From the NCBI GenBank assembly GCA_963815455.1, contig CAWFGO010000002.1, positions 160,001 to 224,000 on the forward strand: a stretch of DNA of 64,000 bases, in the 5' to 3' direction. A model generated the notes under the pieces. It had not been told where the DNA came from and made no database searches. It was given only the letters and a program-made list of their open reading frames with translations. Each line of letters begins with the position of its first letter. The stretch's first letter is position 1. This document shows positions 50,348 through 61,106 of the stretch, piece after piece. The DNA comes from an uncultured Verrucomicrobiae bacterium. Its GTDB lineage: Bacteria; Verrucomicrobiota; Verrucomicrobiia; Chthoniobacterales; UBA10450. The translations under genes were made by a program, and so were the position numbers.

Positions 50348-50952
50348 TTAATTCTCTCCGCCAGTTTTTCGAGCGCCTTGGGCGTTACCAAAATTTTCTC
50401 AAAGCTAAGCAATTGTTCCGTGTTCACTTCCGTGGCTGTGGCCAGCTTGACCGGTTTAACGTTCCGGGCCGACCTGACAGTGTTCTCGTCGAACGAATCC
50501 GAAACAATCAGCACCTTCTCGGCGTCGGTTTGCTTCCGGAGAAGATCGACAAACGATTTCGTCTTTAATTCCGGCACAACAAACTTGTCGATCGTAAGAA
50601 CATCGCCGGCTTGAATTCGTTCGCTCAACGCCTTCTGGAACGCGAGGCGACGCACCGATTTCGAAACTTTCTTGGAATAATCACGCGGTTTCGGGCCGAA
50701 CACGACTCCGCCGCCACGCCAGATCACCGACGATTTGTAGCCCGCGCGGGCCCGGCCCGTTCCCTTTTGCCGCCATGGCTTCGCTCCGGACAAATCCACT
50801 TCGGCCTTTGTCTTCGTGCTCGCCGATCCGGAACGCCGGGCGGCCCGCATCGCCACCACCGCGTCGTGAACGGCTTGCGTCCCGCGACCGTTTTCGATGA
50901 TGTCGATCTTGGCCTCCTTGGCCGCGGCTTTGGTTAAAACTTTGGCGCTCAT
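50344..50952 (-). CDS. rplD: 50S ribosomal protein L4
   Basis: KPWRQKGTGRARAG, GGGVVFGPKPR. Confidence 0.98.
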   Translation of the reverse strand: MSAKVLTKAAAKEAKIDIIENGRGTQAVHDAVVAMRAARRSGSASTKTKAEVDLSGAKPWRQKGTGRARAGYKSSVIWRGGGVVFGPKPRDYSKKVSKSVRRLAFQKALSERIQAGDVLTIDKFVVPELKTKSFVDLLRKQTDAEKVLIVSDSFDENTVRSARNVKPVKLATATEVNTEQLLSFEKILVTPKALEKLAERIK

Positions 50953-51707
50953 TTCTTGGCGGCCTCCGCTTCTTTCGCGGGCTCAGGTTTCTTGGCTGCT
51001 TCCGGTTTCTTTGCCGTCTCGGGCTTCTTCGCAGCCGAGCCCTTCTTCGCGGGCGCCGGGTGCTTGCTAATCTGGGCGGCCGGATCCTTGATGGCCGGAC
51101 GAATAACGACATAACTGCCATTCGCTCCCGGCACCGCGCCGCTAACTAAAATAACTTTCTCAGTCTCGCGGACCTGCATCACCTGGAGGTTCTGCACGGT
51201 CACGCGCTCATCGCCCATATGGCCTGGCATGCCCATGTTCTTCCAAATCCGGCCGGGCGTGGAACGATTGCCCACCGCGCCGTTACGTCGATGCGTTTTC
51301 GAGCCATGCGACGCGCCTTGCCCGTCAAAGTTATGTTTTTTCATCACGCCTTGGAACCCTTTTCCTTTCGACCGGCCGATCACATCGACATAGTCACCTG
51401 GCTGAAACTGCGTGACGCTCAAATTGATCTCGCCTTCCGGAAGGTCGGCCTTCAGGCGGAACTCGCGCATGAGTCTTTTCGGTTCGACGCCGGCCTTCTT
51501 GAATTCGCCCAGCAGTTGTTGGGTCAGGCGCGACTCCTTTTGGGAATTGAAACCCACTTGCACGGCTGAGTAACCGTCATTCTCCGCCGTCAAACGGCGC
51601 AGTAAAACATTATCGCCCGCCGCGATCACGGTTACAGGACGCATCCGACCGTCGGCGTCGTAAACGCTGGTCATGCCAATTTTTTTTCCTAGTAACCCGA
51701 TGCTCAT
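50949..51707 (-). CDS. rplC: 50S ribosomal protein L3
   Basis: LGKKIGMT, SKGKGFQG, MPGHMG. The true start is MSIG; the upstream codons derive from the REP. Confidence 0.98.
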   Translation of the reverse strand: MSIGLLGKKIGMTSVYDADGRMRPVTVIAAGDNVLLRRLTAENDGYSAVQVGFNSQKESRLTQQLLGEFKKAGVEPKRLMREFRLKADLPEGEINLSVTQFQPGDYVDVIGRSKGKGFQGVMKKHNFDGQGASHGSKTHRRNGAVGNRSTPGRIWKNMGMPGHMGDERVTVQNLQVMQVRETEKVILVSGAVPGANGSYVVIRPAIKDPAAQISKHPAPAKKGSAAKKPETAKKPEAAKKPEPAKEAEAAKK

Positions 51708-51716
51708 TTTTTTGGT

Positions 51717-51811
51717 TGTCATCCCGAGCAACGTCGAGGGATCCCGTTGCGGTACCTTTAAGGTAGCTTTCCGGGATTCTTCGACTTCGCTTCGCTTCGC
51801 TCAGAATGACA
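51717..51811. repeat. GTCATCC-type REP doublet between rpsJ and rplC
   Basis: Close paralog of 47334-47427. Confidence 0.88.
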
Positions 51812-51825
51812 GTGCTAATATTTCT

Positions 51826-52137
51826 CTAAATCTTGATCGTAATATCCACGCCCGCGGGCAGGTTCAGTTTCTTCAATTCGTCCACCGTCTTCGCCGTCGG
51901 CTCGATGATGTCGAGCAGGCGTTTGTGGGTGCGAATTTCAAATTGTTCCATCGATTTCTTGTCGACGTGGGGCGATCGGTTCACCGTAAATTTCTCGACC
52001 AACGTCGGCAGCGGAATCGGGCCGGCCACGCGCGCACCCGTGCGCTTCGCGGTTTCCACAATCTCCACCGCGGATTGATCGAGCATTCGGTGATCGAAAG
52101 CTTTCAAGCGAATGCGAATGCGTTGGCTATCGGTCAT
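51826..52137 (-). CDS. rpsJ: 30S ribosomal protein S10
   Basis: [23 protein letters not shown]. Confidence 0.98.
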   Translation of the reverse strand: MTDSQRIRIRLKAFDHRMLDQSAVEIVETAKRTGARVAGPIPLPTLVEKFTVNRSPHVDKKSMEQFEIRTHKRLLDIIEPTAKTVDELKKLNLPAGVDITIKI

Positions 52138-54314
52138 TTTGTCTCCTTCTGATCGAGGATGGCCGCGACCAAATTCGCCGGCACCGGTTCGAAATGTGAT
52201 GGCTCCATCGAGTAACTCGAACGGCCTTTGGAAAGCGACCGGATCGCCGTCGCGTAACCGAATAATTCGGCCAGCGGAACGTTGGCGTGGATAATCGTCA
52301 GGTTGCCGCGCGTCTCGATGCTGTTGATGCTGCCTCGGCGACGACTCAAGTCACCGCAAATGTCGCCCTGATAATCTTCCGGCGTGATGTTTTCCACCTT
52401 CATGATCGGCTCGAGCAGGATCGGTTTGCCTTGCTTGAAACCATCCTTCATCGCGAAAATTGCCGCGAGTTTGAACGCAAGTTCGTTGGAATCGACTTCG
52501 TGGAACGAGCCGTAAACAATATCGACTTCAACGTCGACAACGGGATAACCGCCGAGCACGCCGTTGAGCACTGCTTCGTCGATGCCCTTCTTCACCGCCG
52601 GGATGTATTCCCGCGGAATGACGCCGCCCACGATTTTGTTTTCGACAACCAGTCCGGTGCTGCGAGCGCCGGGACGCACATCCACTTCAACGTGGCCGTA
52701 CTGACCGCGACCACCGGATTGCTTGATCAATTTGCCGACTCCGTGCGCATTTGTCGTGATCGTTTCGCGATACGCGATCTGCGGTTTGCCCGCGTTGGCA
52801 TCGACCTTGAATTCCCGGAACATGCGGTCCCGAATGATTTCCAAGTGCAGTTCGCCCATTCCGGCGATGATCGTCTGGCCGGTGTCTTCATGTGTGAAAA
52901 CGCGGAAGGTCGGATCTTCTTCGGCCAGGCGCTGCAACGCGATCGCCATTTTTTCCTGGTCCAATTTTGTCTTTGGCTCAATGGCCATGGAAATGACGGG
53001 GTCAGGAAACGTCGGCGGCTCCAACAAAATCGGATGGTCTTCATCGCAAAGGGTATCGCCTGTCGTAATATTCTTGATCCCGACGATGGCGGCGATGTCG
53101 CCCGAGTAACAGGTATCGATGTCTTCCCGTTTGTCCGCCTGGATTTGGATCAAACGCGAGATGCGCTCGCGCTTGTTCGTCCGCGGATTGTAAACCGTGT
53201 CCCCTTTGCTCAGCGTTCCGGAGTAAACCCGGAAGAAAACGAGTTTCCCGACGAACGGGTCGCTCCAAAGTTTAAACGCGAGCGAGCAGAATTTTCCAGC
53301 GTCGTCCGTTGGCGCCTCCATTGGCTCGTGCGTGTCGGGCTCCATTCCCTTGGCCGGCGGGATGTCGAGCGGGCTCGGCAGGTAATCAACCACCGCATCG
53401 ACCAGGTATTGGACGCCGATGTTCTTGAGCGCGGAACCGCCAATTACCGGCACAAATTTGTTCGCGATCGTTTGGCGCCGAATTCCCGCCTTCAAAAGCT
53501 CCGGCGTAATCGGTTTTTCCTCGAGCACGGCTTCGGCAATTTCGTCATCGAGATTTGAAATCTGCTGGACCAGATCGGCGTAGGCCTTGTCAACAAGATC
53601 GACATGTTCCTTGGGAATTTCGGTCACCTCGTAGGTGGATCCAAGCTGATCGCTGTCGGAATAAATAATCGCCTTCTTATTAATGACGTCGAGCTGGCCC
53701 TTGAGCTGGTCTTCCTTGCCCAGCGGAAGCAAAACCGGCCACGCATTCGCGCCGAGTTTCTTATGAATGCTCTCGACCGACATTTTGAAATCGGCACCCA
53801 CGCGATCCATCTTGTTGATGAACGCCAGTCGCGGGACGTTGTACTTCGTCGCCTGCCGCCAGACTGTTTCCGATTGCGGCTGCACGCCGGCCACACCATC
53901 GAAAACGGCGATCGCACCGTCGAGCACCCGCAGCGAACGCTCCACCTCCGCCGTGAAATCAACGTGTCCCGGGGTATCGATAATGTTGATCCGCTGCTTG
54001 ATTCCCTCGAAAATCTTGTAAACGCCTTCTTCCTTTTTCTGCGACCAGCTGCACGTCGTCGCCGCGGACGTAATCGTGATCCCGCGCTCGCGCTCCTGCT
54101 CCATCCAGTCGGTCACCGTAGTGCCTTCGTGCACCTCGCCCATCTTATGGATCATGCCGGTGTAAAACAGAACGCGCTCGGTAATCGTGGTCTTGCCGGC
54201 GTCGATGTGCGCCGCGATCCCGATGTTGCGCGTTCGCTCCAGCGGAAACTTGCGATCCGGCGAATTCGGATTCTTCGCGCCAGCTGCTTTCTTTTCCATC
54301 GTCGCGGTCGCCAT
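52134..54314 (-). CDS. fusA: Elongation factor G
   Basis: [36 protein letters not shown]. Confidence 0.99.
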   Translation of the reverse strand: MATATMEKKAAGAKNPNSPDRKFPLERTRNIGIAAHIDAGKTTITERVLFYTGMIHKMGEVHEGTTVTDWMEQERERGITITSAATTCSWSQKKEEGVYKIFEGIKQRINIIDTPGHVDFTAEVERSLRVLDGAIAVFDGVAGVQPQSETVWRQATKYNVPRLAFINKMDRVGADFKMSVESIHKKLGANAWPVLLPLGKEDQLKGQLDVINKKAIIYSDSDQLGSTYEVTEIPKEHVDLVDKAYADLVQQISNLDDEIAEAVLEEKPITPELLKAGIRRQTIANKFVPVIGGSALKNIGVQYLVDAVVDYLPSPLDIPPAKGMEPDTHEPMEAPTDDAGKFCSLAFKLWSDPFVGKLVFFRVYSGTLSKGDTVYNPRTNKRERISRLIQIQADKREDIDTCYSGDIAAIVGIKNITTGDTLCDEDHPILLEPPTFPDPVISMAIEPKTKLDQEKMAIALQRLAEEDPTFRVFTHEDTGQTIIAGMGELHLEIIRDRMFREFKVDANAGKPQIAYRETITTNAHGVGKLIKQSGGRGQYGHVEVDVRPGARSTGLVVENKIVGGVIPREYIPAVKKGIDEAVLNGVLGGYPVVDVEVDIVYGSFHEVDSNELAFKLAAIFAMKDGFKQGKPILLEPIMKVENITPEDYQGDICGDLSRRRGSINSIETRGNLTIIHANVPLAELFGYATAIRSLSKGRSSYSMEPSHFEPVPANLVAAILDQKETK

Positions 54315-54319
54315 AATCG

Positions 54320-54354
54320 TTACCAGCGGAAATGGGCAAACGCCCGGTTGGCCT
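54320..54354 (-). repeat. Direct duplicate of the last 35 nt of rpsG
   Basis: 33/35 identical to 54522-54556. Confidence 0.9.
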
Positions 54355-54357
54355 CTC

Positions 54358-54484
54358 TGTCATTCTGAGCGGAGCGAAGCGGAGTCGAAGAATCCCGCGA
54401 TGGCACTGTCGGACCCACAACCGTCGTTCGCGTGTTCCAACACCAATTGCGGATCCTTCGCCGTCTGCGCGGCTCAGGATGACA
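54358..54484. repeat. GTCAT-type REP doublet between rpsG and fusA
   Basis: tgtcattctgagcggagcgaagcggagtcgaagaatcc ... ggatccttcgccgtctgcgcggctcaggatgaca. Confidence 0.88.
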
Positions 54485-54521
54485 CTGCTAAAAAATTGGA
54501 GAGCGCGCGGCGTGTTCATGA

Positions 54522-54995
54522 TTACCAGCGGAAATGGGCAAACGCGCGGTTTGCCTGCGCCATCTTGTGAGTGTCTTCGCGCTTCTTGATTGCGTTACCC
54601 TGCCCGGAAGCTGCGTCCTTGATCTCGTGGGCCAGCGCTTCCGCCATCGGCATTCCTTTGCGCTTGTCCGCGTATTGCACGATCCAGCGCATGGCCAGCG
54701 ACATCTGCCGCGCCGGCGCCACTTCCATCGGCACCTGATACGTCGCGCCGCCGACACGCCGGGACTTCACTTCGAGACGAGGCCGGACGTTCTCCAACGC
54801 CTTGTTTAAAACTTCGAGTGGATCGACCGAGTCCGAGCCTTCGCGCGATTTATCGATCGCGGTGTAAACGATCCGTTCGGCCAGCGATTTCTTGCCCCGA
54901 TTCATCACCGTGGAAATAAGACGGGCCACCGCCGGACTCCCGTAACGGGAATCGACGCGCTCCTCTTTTTTGTAAACTTTCCGCCGCCGTGACAT
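54522..54995 (-). CDS. rpsG: 30S ribosomal protein S7
   Basis: [29 protein letters not shown]. Confidence 0.98.
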   Translation of the reverse strand: MSRRRKVYKKEERVDSRYGSPAVARLISTVMNRGKKSLAERIVYTAIDKSREGSDSVDPLEVLNKALENVRPRLEVKSRRVGGATYQVPMEVAPARQMSLAMRWIVQYADKRKGMPMAEALAHEIKDAASGQGNAIKKREDTHKMAQANRAFAHFRW

Positions 54996-55016
54996 TGTCG
55001 ATCTTTCTATCCAAAA

Positions 55017-55451
55017 TTATTTTTTATCTTCCTTGGGCCCTGGCGCCGCTTTCGCCCCCGCCGCGCCGCCGCCTGCGCCGGCCTTTGGACGCTTGGCTCC
55101 GTACTTGGAGCGGCTGCGCCGGCGCCCATCCACGCCTAACGAGTCGAGCGTTCCGCGCACAATATGGTAGCGCACGCCCGGCAAATCTTTTACCCGTCCA
55201 CCGCGCACCAGCACGATCGAGTGTTCCTGCAAATTGTGCCCTTCGCCGGGAATGTAGGCAATCACTTCCTGGCCGTTCGTCAAGCGCACCTTGGCCACTT
55301 TACGCAGGGCAGAATTCGGCTTCTTCGGAGTGCGCGTCATCACCTGCACGCACACACCGCGCCGCTGCGGACAATTGGTCAGGGCCGGTGACTTCGATTT
55401 CACCGACACCTTCCGGCGTCCTTTCCGAATAAGCTGATTAATAGTAGGCAT
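55017..55451 (-). CDS. rpsL: 30S ribosomal protein S12
   Basis: [27 protein letters not shown]. Confidence 0.99.
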   Translation of the reverse strand: MPTINQLIRKGRRKVSVKSKSPALTNCPQRRGVCVQVMTRTPKKPNSALRKVAKVRLTNGQEVIAYIPGEGHNLQEHSIVLVRGGRVKDLPGVRYHIVRGTLDSLGVDGRRRSRSKYGAKRPKAGAGGGAAGAKAAPGPKEDKK

Positions 55452-55594
55452 TTTTCTCTAACAAAACCGCCACGCGAACGGGGCCATTCCGGGCGACAAA
55501 AAACCCGCACCGGCCGCGTATTAAACTATCACGCGCCTGATGCGGTGAGCGGCGAATATAGAGGCAAATTTACCCGCCGCAAAGAGATTTTTTT

Positions 55595-55650
55595 GTAGCA
55601 CAGCCATCTTGTCCGCCACCGGACGGACTCGCCGTGGCGAGCCTGCCGAG
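55595..55650. repeat. Composite GTAG-type REP arm
   Basis: gtagcacagccatcttgtccgccaccggacggactcgccgtggcgagcc; matches one arm of the mqnA insertion. Confidence 0.75.
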
Positions 55651-55897
55651 TTCTCTAACCGCGCAAGTGCCCTATTTTTTTGCCCACGAAACACGCGAAT
55701 TTTCAAGACTGCATTGAACAGATTCACAGTGGCGGGAAGGTGCGCCATCCTGAAGCGAAGCCAAAACTTCTTAATTCCTCCTTCATCCCTCATCCTTTCC
55801 AGGCCTCGATCGGCACCGAGGTTCACTGAAGTCTCCGACCTCTCTGCTTGTCACTCGTCACTTGTCACAGGCCCCTTCTTCAATGTAAGGACGTTGC

Positions 55898-56604
55898 GTG
55901 CTTTACCCGATTCCAACGAGTGAAACCAGTATTCTGGGCACGTTTGCCGCCACCTTGTTCGCGCTGCTCAACCCGCTTGGAATGCTTCCCGTCTTCATTG
56001 GCTATACCGACCATAGAAGTGTCAGCGTCCAACGTTGGTTGGCCCTCTTCATCTCTATCACGGTGTTAGGATTGATGCTCCTGTTTCTATTTGCCGGCAC
56101 AGCATTGCTGAATTTCTTCGGTATCACGATCGACGCTTTCCGCGTCGCCGGCGGAATTCTTCTCTTGTTAATCGGCATCCGCACGGTCGCCAGCGATCCA
56201 CTACTAAGGCGAAGGACCTGATGATCGCATCGGAAGTCGGCGCTCTGTGCGAAGCCGAATCTGTTTACGGCCAGATCGTCGTTCCGTTTGCCATGCCGTT
56301 GCTGGTTGGACCGGGTGTCATCGCCAACTTGATTCTGTACTCCGGCGAAGCCTGGGAAAGAAAAAGCCCCAAACTGGCTTCGGGACTGGTGGCCGTGACC
56401 GTGGGCATTTCCTTACTGACCTTCGTCATTCTACTTTCGGGTGGATTCCTGAGAAAACTGCTGGGCGACGTTGGTCTTAGCATCGCCACCCGCATTCTCG
56501 GGTTGCTCGTCGCCTCGATCGGCGTCCAATTCGTGATCGCGGGCCTAACGAACGTGATCGTCAATTCCATCGTGCCCGCCATGTTTCCACAACTTCACGG
56601 ATAA
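55898..56604 (+). pseudogene. marC: MarC-family membrane protein split by a 1-nt frameshift near 56197 (pseudogene or sequencing error)
   Basis: LFALLNPLG, FGITIDAFRVAGGILL in one frame; VPFAMPLLVGPG, TRILGLL in another. Confidence 0.8.
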
Positions 56605-56842
56605 TAGGGTCAGCGGAGTCGGCGATATTCGAAACTCGTGCTCGTAACGATCTTGATTGAACTCAACGGCTCAACGCCTCAACCGCTCACCTGTCCGCCG
56701 TAGCTTCGGCGAAGGAGGAACATCTCAACTCCTTTTTCAGCTTTCAGCTTTTCAGAGTTTCAGCATTTTTTAGAAGGCACATGGCCAATTATCGGGCGGC
56801 GCGGGCGCTTATGGGCAAGGGAAAGAAGGCGAAAATAAAGAA

Positions 56843-57388
56843 GTGAAAATCGCACCCAACCTTGCTTTCCACGAGGCGGGGCATCTTGTCGTCGGACTCA
56901 AGCTCGGGCTGAAGGAACAGGGAATCAGTCTTCATCCGTTGATGCCGGGGCACGCAGCATGCGCCGCGTACACTTTCCAAAGTCCACAAACATCGCTGGT
57001 ACGGTGTTTCGCGGGACTTCTTGCAGAACTACTTCTCCTACCAAAGTCGATAGAACCGCATCTCCGCCGCGCCTACAGTCATAGCGTCATATTTGATCGC
57101 GATCATCCGCACTTCAATGACCTTACGGATGAGGAGCGTGATTTTCTCAGCGGGTCTCGGGACGACCTAATTCTTGCGCGACGTTTCGCGATGCAATTGA
57201 GTGGTGACAATCCGGCAAAAGCCACCGGGCTAATGCATGAATCAGAAAGTCGTGCTCACAATATTATTTCGGAATTGAGAAAAGAAATTTCTCTAGTTGC
57301 AGAGGATATTATCGCATTTGCGCTACACCCTGAAGATCCGGACTCCATCTTTTATTCAGCGGAACGTGCAGAAAAGTTGCTTCAGTAA
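56843..57388 (+). CDS. Hypothetical protein with HEAGH zinc-peptidase motif (M41/M50-like)
   Basis: LAFHEAGHLVV ... FAGLLAE ... DDL. Confidence 0.65.
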   Translation: MKIAPNLAFHEAGHLVVGLKLGLKEQGISLHPLMPGHAACAAYTFQSPQTSLVRCFAGLLAELLLLPKSIEPHLRRAYSHSVIFDRDHPHFNDLTDEERDFLSGSRDDLILARRFAMQLSGDNPAKATGLMHESESRAHNIISELRKEISLVAEDIIAFALHPEDPDSIFYSAERAEKLLQ

Positions 57389-57442
57389 GGCTGATATGTG
57401 AATCGGACCGCCGTGGCCACCGCGCGCAAGATCGACATCTGT

Positions 57443-60400
57443 CTAATTCCAGTTCGGATTATCTTTTATCGCGTCTAAATTTAGAAATTCCGAACGACCT
57501 GCTCGCAGCAGATTTTCCCGCGCGAACTTAGCAGCTTCCGCTGTTTTTTCGTCCTGACTCGCCAGTCCTGCTTTCAGAATCGGCTTAATGTGTTCTGGCC
57601 TAATATAGAAATGCGATTGAGTAAGCGCGCCCTCGATAAGTTTTGCGAAACACTCCACCACAAGGTCGAGATGATCGGGGATCAATTTACCTAAATTCTC
57701 GATCAACGTAGAAGGACTGCGAGTTTGCCCTTTAGTGACTTCTAATATGCGGGACAGAGCGTTCAAACGCCACTCAGCATCAAGACACTCAGCTTGCATC
57801 CAAAATGTAAACTCCTTCAATTCTTCGGTGTTTGCCGCGTCGCAGTCGAGATTCGAAGAAAGCTTTACATCTTTCAGTCAGTTCATCGACTCAGCTCCGC
57901 GGTATTCTTTAATAGACGACCCAAATGGTCAAAGAGCGTCGCCCATTGTTTCGCATCTGTTTTGTTATAGAACCGCTGCAGTAAACTATCTTGACCTTCC
58001 AATGGGAGTCGTCCCCAGAGGGTGTAATCAAGCAAGTGTTCTCCGAGGTGAGATACTGGATCCGACCGCCGGCTGCCCTCATGCTTCCATAGTCGAAGAT
58101 TTTCGAGCGCGAACTCAAATTGCGGCCGTAAGAGCTCGAATAGAACTGAATGCGCTCGGTTGAAATTCAGATAAGTGCCAAATGCAATCTGCCATGCTTC
58201 AGGATCAGCTTGGAAAAAGATATTGGAGACATTCTCTTTGGCCCAAGATGAACTAAGCCCGTAGATGCGGTTAAAGTTAGCCGCCTAACAAAGCTCGTTC
58301 TGCGATAGGCAAGTGGGGGCGAGCCTGAAAAGCGCTGTTCAAGTATTTCGAAAACCTCGGATACTTCGGCTTTCTCTCCCTCATTTCGCCTTACCCAATA
58401 ACCGTAATCCAGAAGAGCCTCAAGCGCGCGACCACGCGTAGTATTGATCGCATCAGTTAAATAATCACGTGGCGTGACGACCGCGCGATCTTTGTCCAAG
58501 AAGAAATCTTCCGCAACGCATGCAGCTTTCAAAAGTGCGATGATTCTGGCTCGCCACTCGCCTCCAATCCCCTTGTCCTTATCAACGCAAATTTCCAGAA
58601 GATCGACAACTTTCTTTCGAGCTGAATCCCAATTCGCGTTGTCTTTAGAAGTTTCCGAAGCCTTCTCTCCAGATACTGCCGGACTGTCTTTCTGAGCCAT
58701 AATCCAATCGGCGAGATCAAACCAATTCGACAGTTCGTTTTTGTGCTCGACGATTCGCTTCGCAGCCAAATTTAGCGACATACCGAAAATAAACCGGTCG
58801 CTTCAATTCATGCCACCGCTCTCCCCAATCCAGATACCGTTTTGGAGCTCGCAGCTATTAGCTGCTGCAACGCGATACCCAACGCCGTCGAAATCGACAT
58901 CAATCCACCATTGCTCTGGATCGCGATGAACGTCTTCCCAGTCGTTCAAGAACGAGATGAGTTCATCATCGCCCATGGCGGAAAGTTCGGCGACGGATTT
59001 CGCGCTTCGCGATCCGCCTGTCTTGCTTTCCCAGCCTTGGTAAGCGACAAAGTCGTCGTCGGTTAGTTTTTGGATTTTCCGCATAGAGGCTGTCCATAAA
59101 GTTCTTTGTATTTCCCGAACAGGATCGATGCAAACGGCGTAAAGTGGCGTAGTTGAAAATAGCTTTTCCGACCAACATATGCTTCCTCAGCTGAACTGTT
59201 CGCCCATGAATCGCTTGTATCCGTCTTTGTCCGGGCCAGTTGAAAATCGTTTCAAGAATTCGCTCCACGTCGGCTTTGCTAACGATGGACTCACCAAATG
59301 TTTCGGCGGCGATGCGAACCATTCGTTGAAATTCAAAGCCGTAACGTCCCTCCGAGTAGTCCGGATATTCGACGATTGCTTCGCTGATCCAATCTTTCGC
59401 CTGGGAAGGGAATTTCGCGTAAAGATGATATCGAATTCGGTCGAAAATCTGCCATTTGGCCGCACGAAGCGCGTTATCGAGTTCACGAATCTCCGTTTCG
59501 TTGTTCTGATCGTAAACTTTCTCACATGCCTGCGTTAATGCGGTGATCAAGTCGGATTGCGGACTTGAATAAGGACCTCTTCTTTGATCGACACGAGGCG
59601 CCCAAATCTCAGATGCATCGCGCCAATCAGTATTGTTAGCGCGTTTCCCTGTTTCCAACCGCACCATTTGCGCTACCGCTCGGATCAAGAGCTTTGCTGT
59701 TTCCAGTGGCGCGGCGGTGGCCAAGCGCTGCGACTCCGTTTTCTAAGATTTGCTGATACTCCCATTCCTGAAAGCGAGGAGCAGGGCTTAAGCTTGTCGT
59801 CCAATCGTCAGGATCCTTTTCTGCGCGGGCACTCTTCTCTTCCTCCAAGGGATCCGGATCGAACAAAATCAAACGTTCAGAAAGTCGCAGTGCCGCCGCA
59901 ACACCCTCAGGACCTGCTTCCGCCCATTTTGCAATCAAACTCGTGAGGTTGTCCTCGAATACCTGATAGGGTGAGCAAGATACTTCAAGATTATAGGTTC
60001 TAGCTTCAGCGAAGCCGGGTCGTTAGCGGTACTAAGTGCGATCTCGACAACGTCCTCTAAAACTCTCGGGTTATCTGTGTCGCCTATTCCTAGTAGAATC
60101 TCCACGACATCTTCTCTAGCGACTGGTGCAACACGTTTCAGAAATTGAGCGGGCCACCAAATCGGAAAACTCACGTAACCTTCGCCCGCAGGAATTGCAC
60201 TGGGAGGATTTTCGAAGTACCCCGCGACTTTGAGCGGCTCAATCCAAATCGGATCTGAAGCATTTTTGAAGAAAAACGCGAAGTTCGCGCCGCGTCGCCC
60301 AATTAGCTCTAACGCCTTTTGAATTTGCTCCTGAGTCGCTGTTGCACCTTCCGCGAGGATCTCCGAAAGCAGCGTCTGATCATCAGCAGATATCGGTGCG

Positions 60401-61012
60401 ATTAGATCGAAAACTAAATTTTCGACATTCCACGACACACTCGGTGAAATCATCTTCTTTTTTCTTTCCGCCGTGATGTGCGAATCCCTCGAGCTTGGTC
60501 CATAGCTCGACGTATCGCTGTTGTTTCTCCTGGCGTAGTGGTGCCGGGAGCGTTTGGAGCATTGGGTCCAGCCGTGTCAATCCTACAGAGACTTGCTCCC
60601 GTCGATCAGGACGATGGGAAAGATCGAAGTATTGCTCAATGCCGTGCAGAACATTTTCCAATTCGGGACTTATGACCTTGTCTTGCCACTTACCTTCAAT
60701 CTTCAATTTCTCCGCATCGAATGCTTTGCGTAGAGCTTCGCGTATATTCTTGAGTTGCCCTCCCGTTATCCCCGATTCCTCTATGCTGAGGGCTCTTGGA
60801 ATTCTTTGCAGAAGCTCTCGTAAGCTATGCGCGGCCTGCGCGATTCGATCTGGGTTGAATGTATTTCTAAATGCAGCGATCGCGCCAAGATACCAATCTG
60901 CCAGTGGGTATTTCTCTGAAGACCTCGCGCGAAGAGCCCGCCAAACCTCAAGTTGGCGCTGTTCTAGTTGTGGTGGGCGTGCGCTGGAATCGTTGTCGTT
61001 CTCGATTTCCAC
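57443..61012 (-). pseudogene. Large (~1190-codon) hypothetical gene broken by multiple frameshifts; N-terminal HEPN-like motif and helical C-terminus
   Basis: Abutting minus-strand ORFs 60383-61012, 59935-60453, 59636-59938, 58966-59724, 58803-59084, 58167-58781 and 57443-57820 that read through on frame switching. Confidence 0.7.
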
Positions 61013-61106
61013 CGCTCAATTTGTACTCTGTGATCCCGACGGCCACAACAAGCATCGAACTGCTACGGCCTTTGAGGATGCAGCGACGAGATCGAATATT
61101 GACGAA

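Noticed and set aside
46885..54368. Long plus-strand ORFs (e.g. 46885-47931, 52287-53558, 53604-54368)
   Set aside because: Antisense shadows of ribosomal genes and fusA caused by codon bias.
54145..54519. 124-aa ORF between rpsG and fusA
   Set aside because: Reads through the REP and overlaps fusA out of frame; not protein-like.
60495..61106. N-terminal 204 aa of the 474-aa exonuclease ORF
   Set aside because: Mostly antisense to the large minus-strand gene; exonuclease homology begins at ATG 61107.
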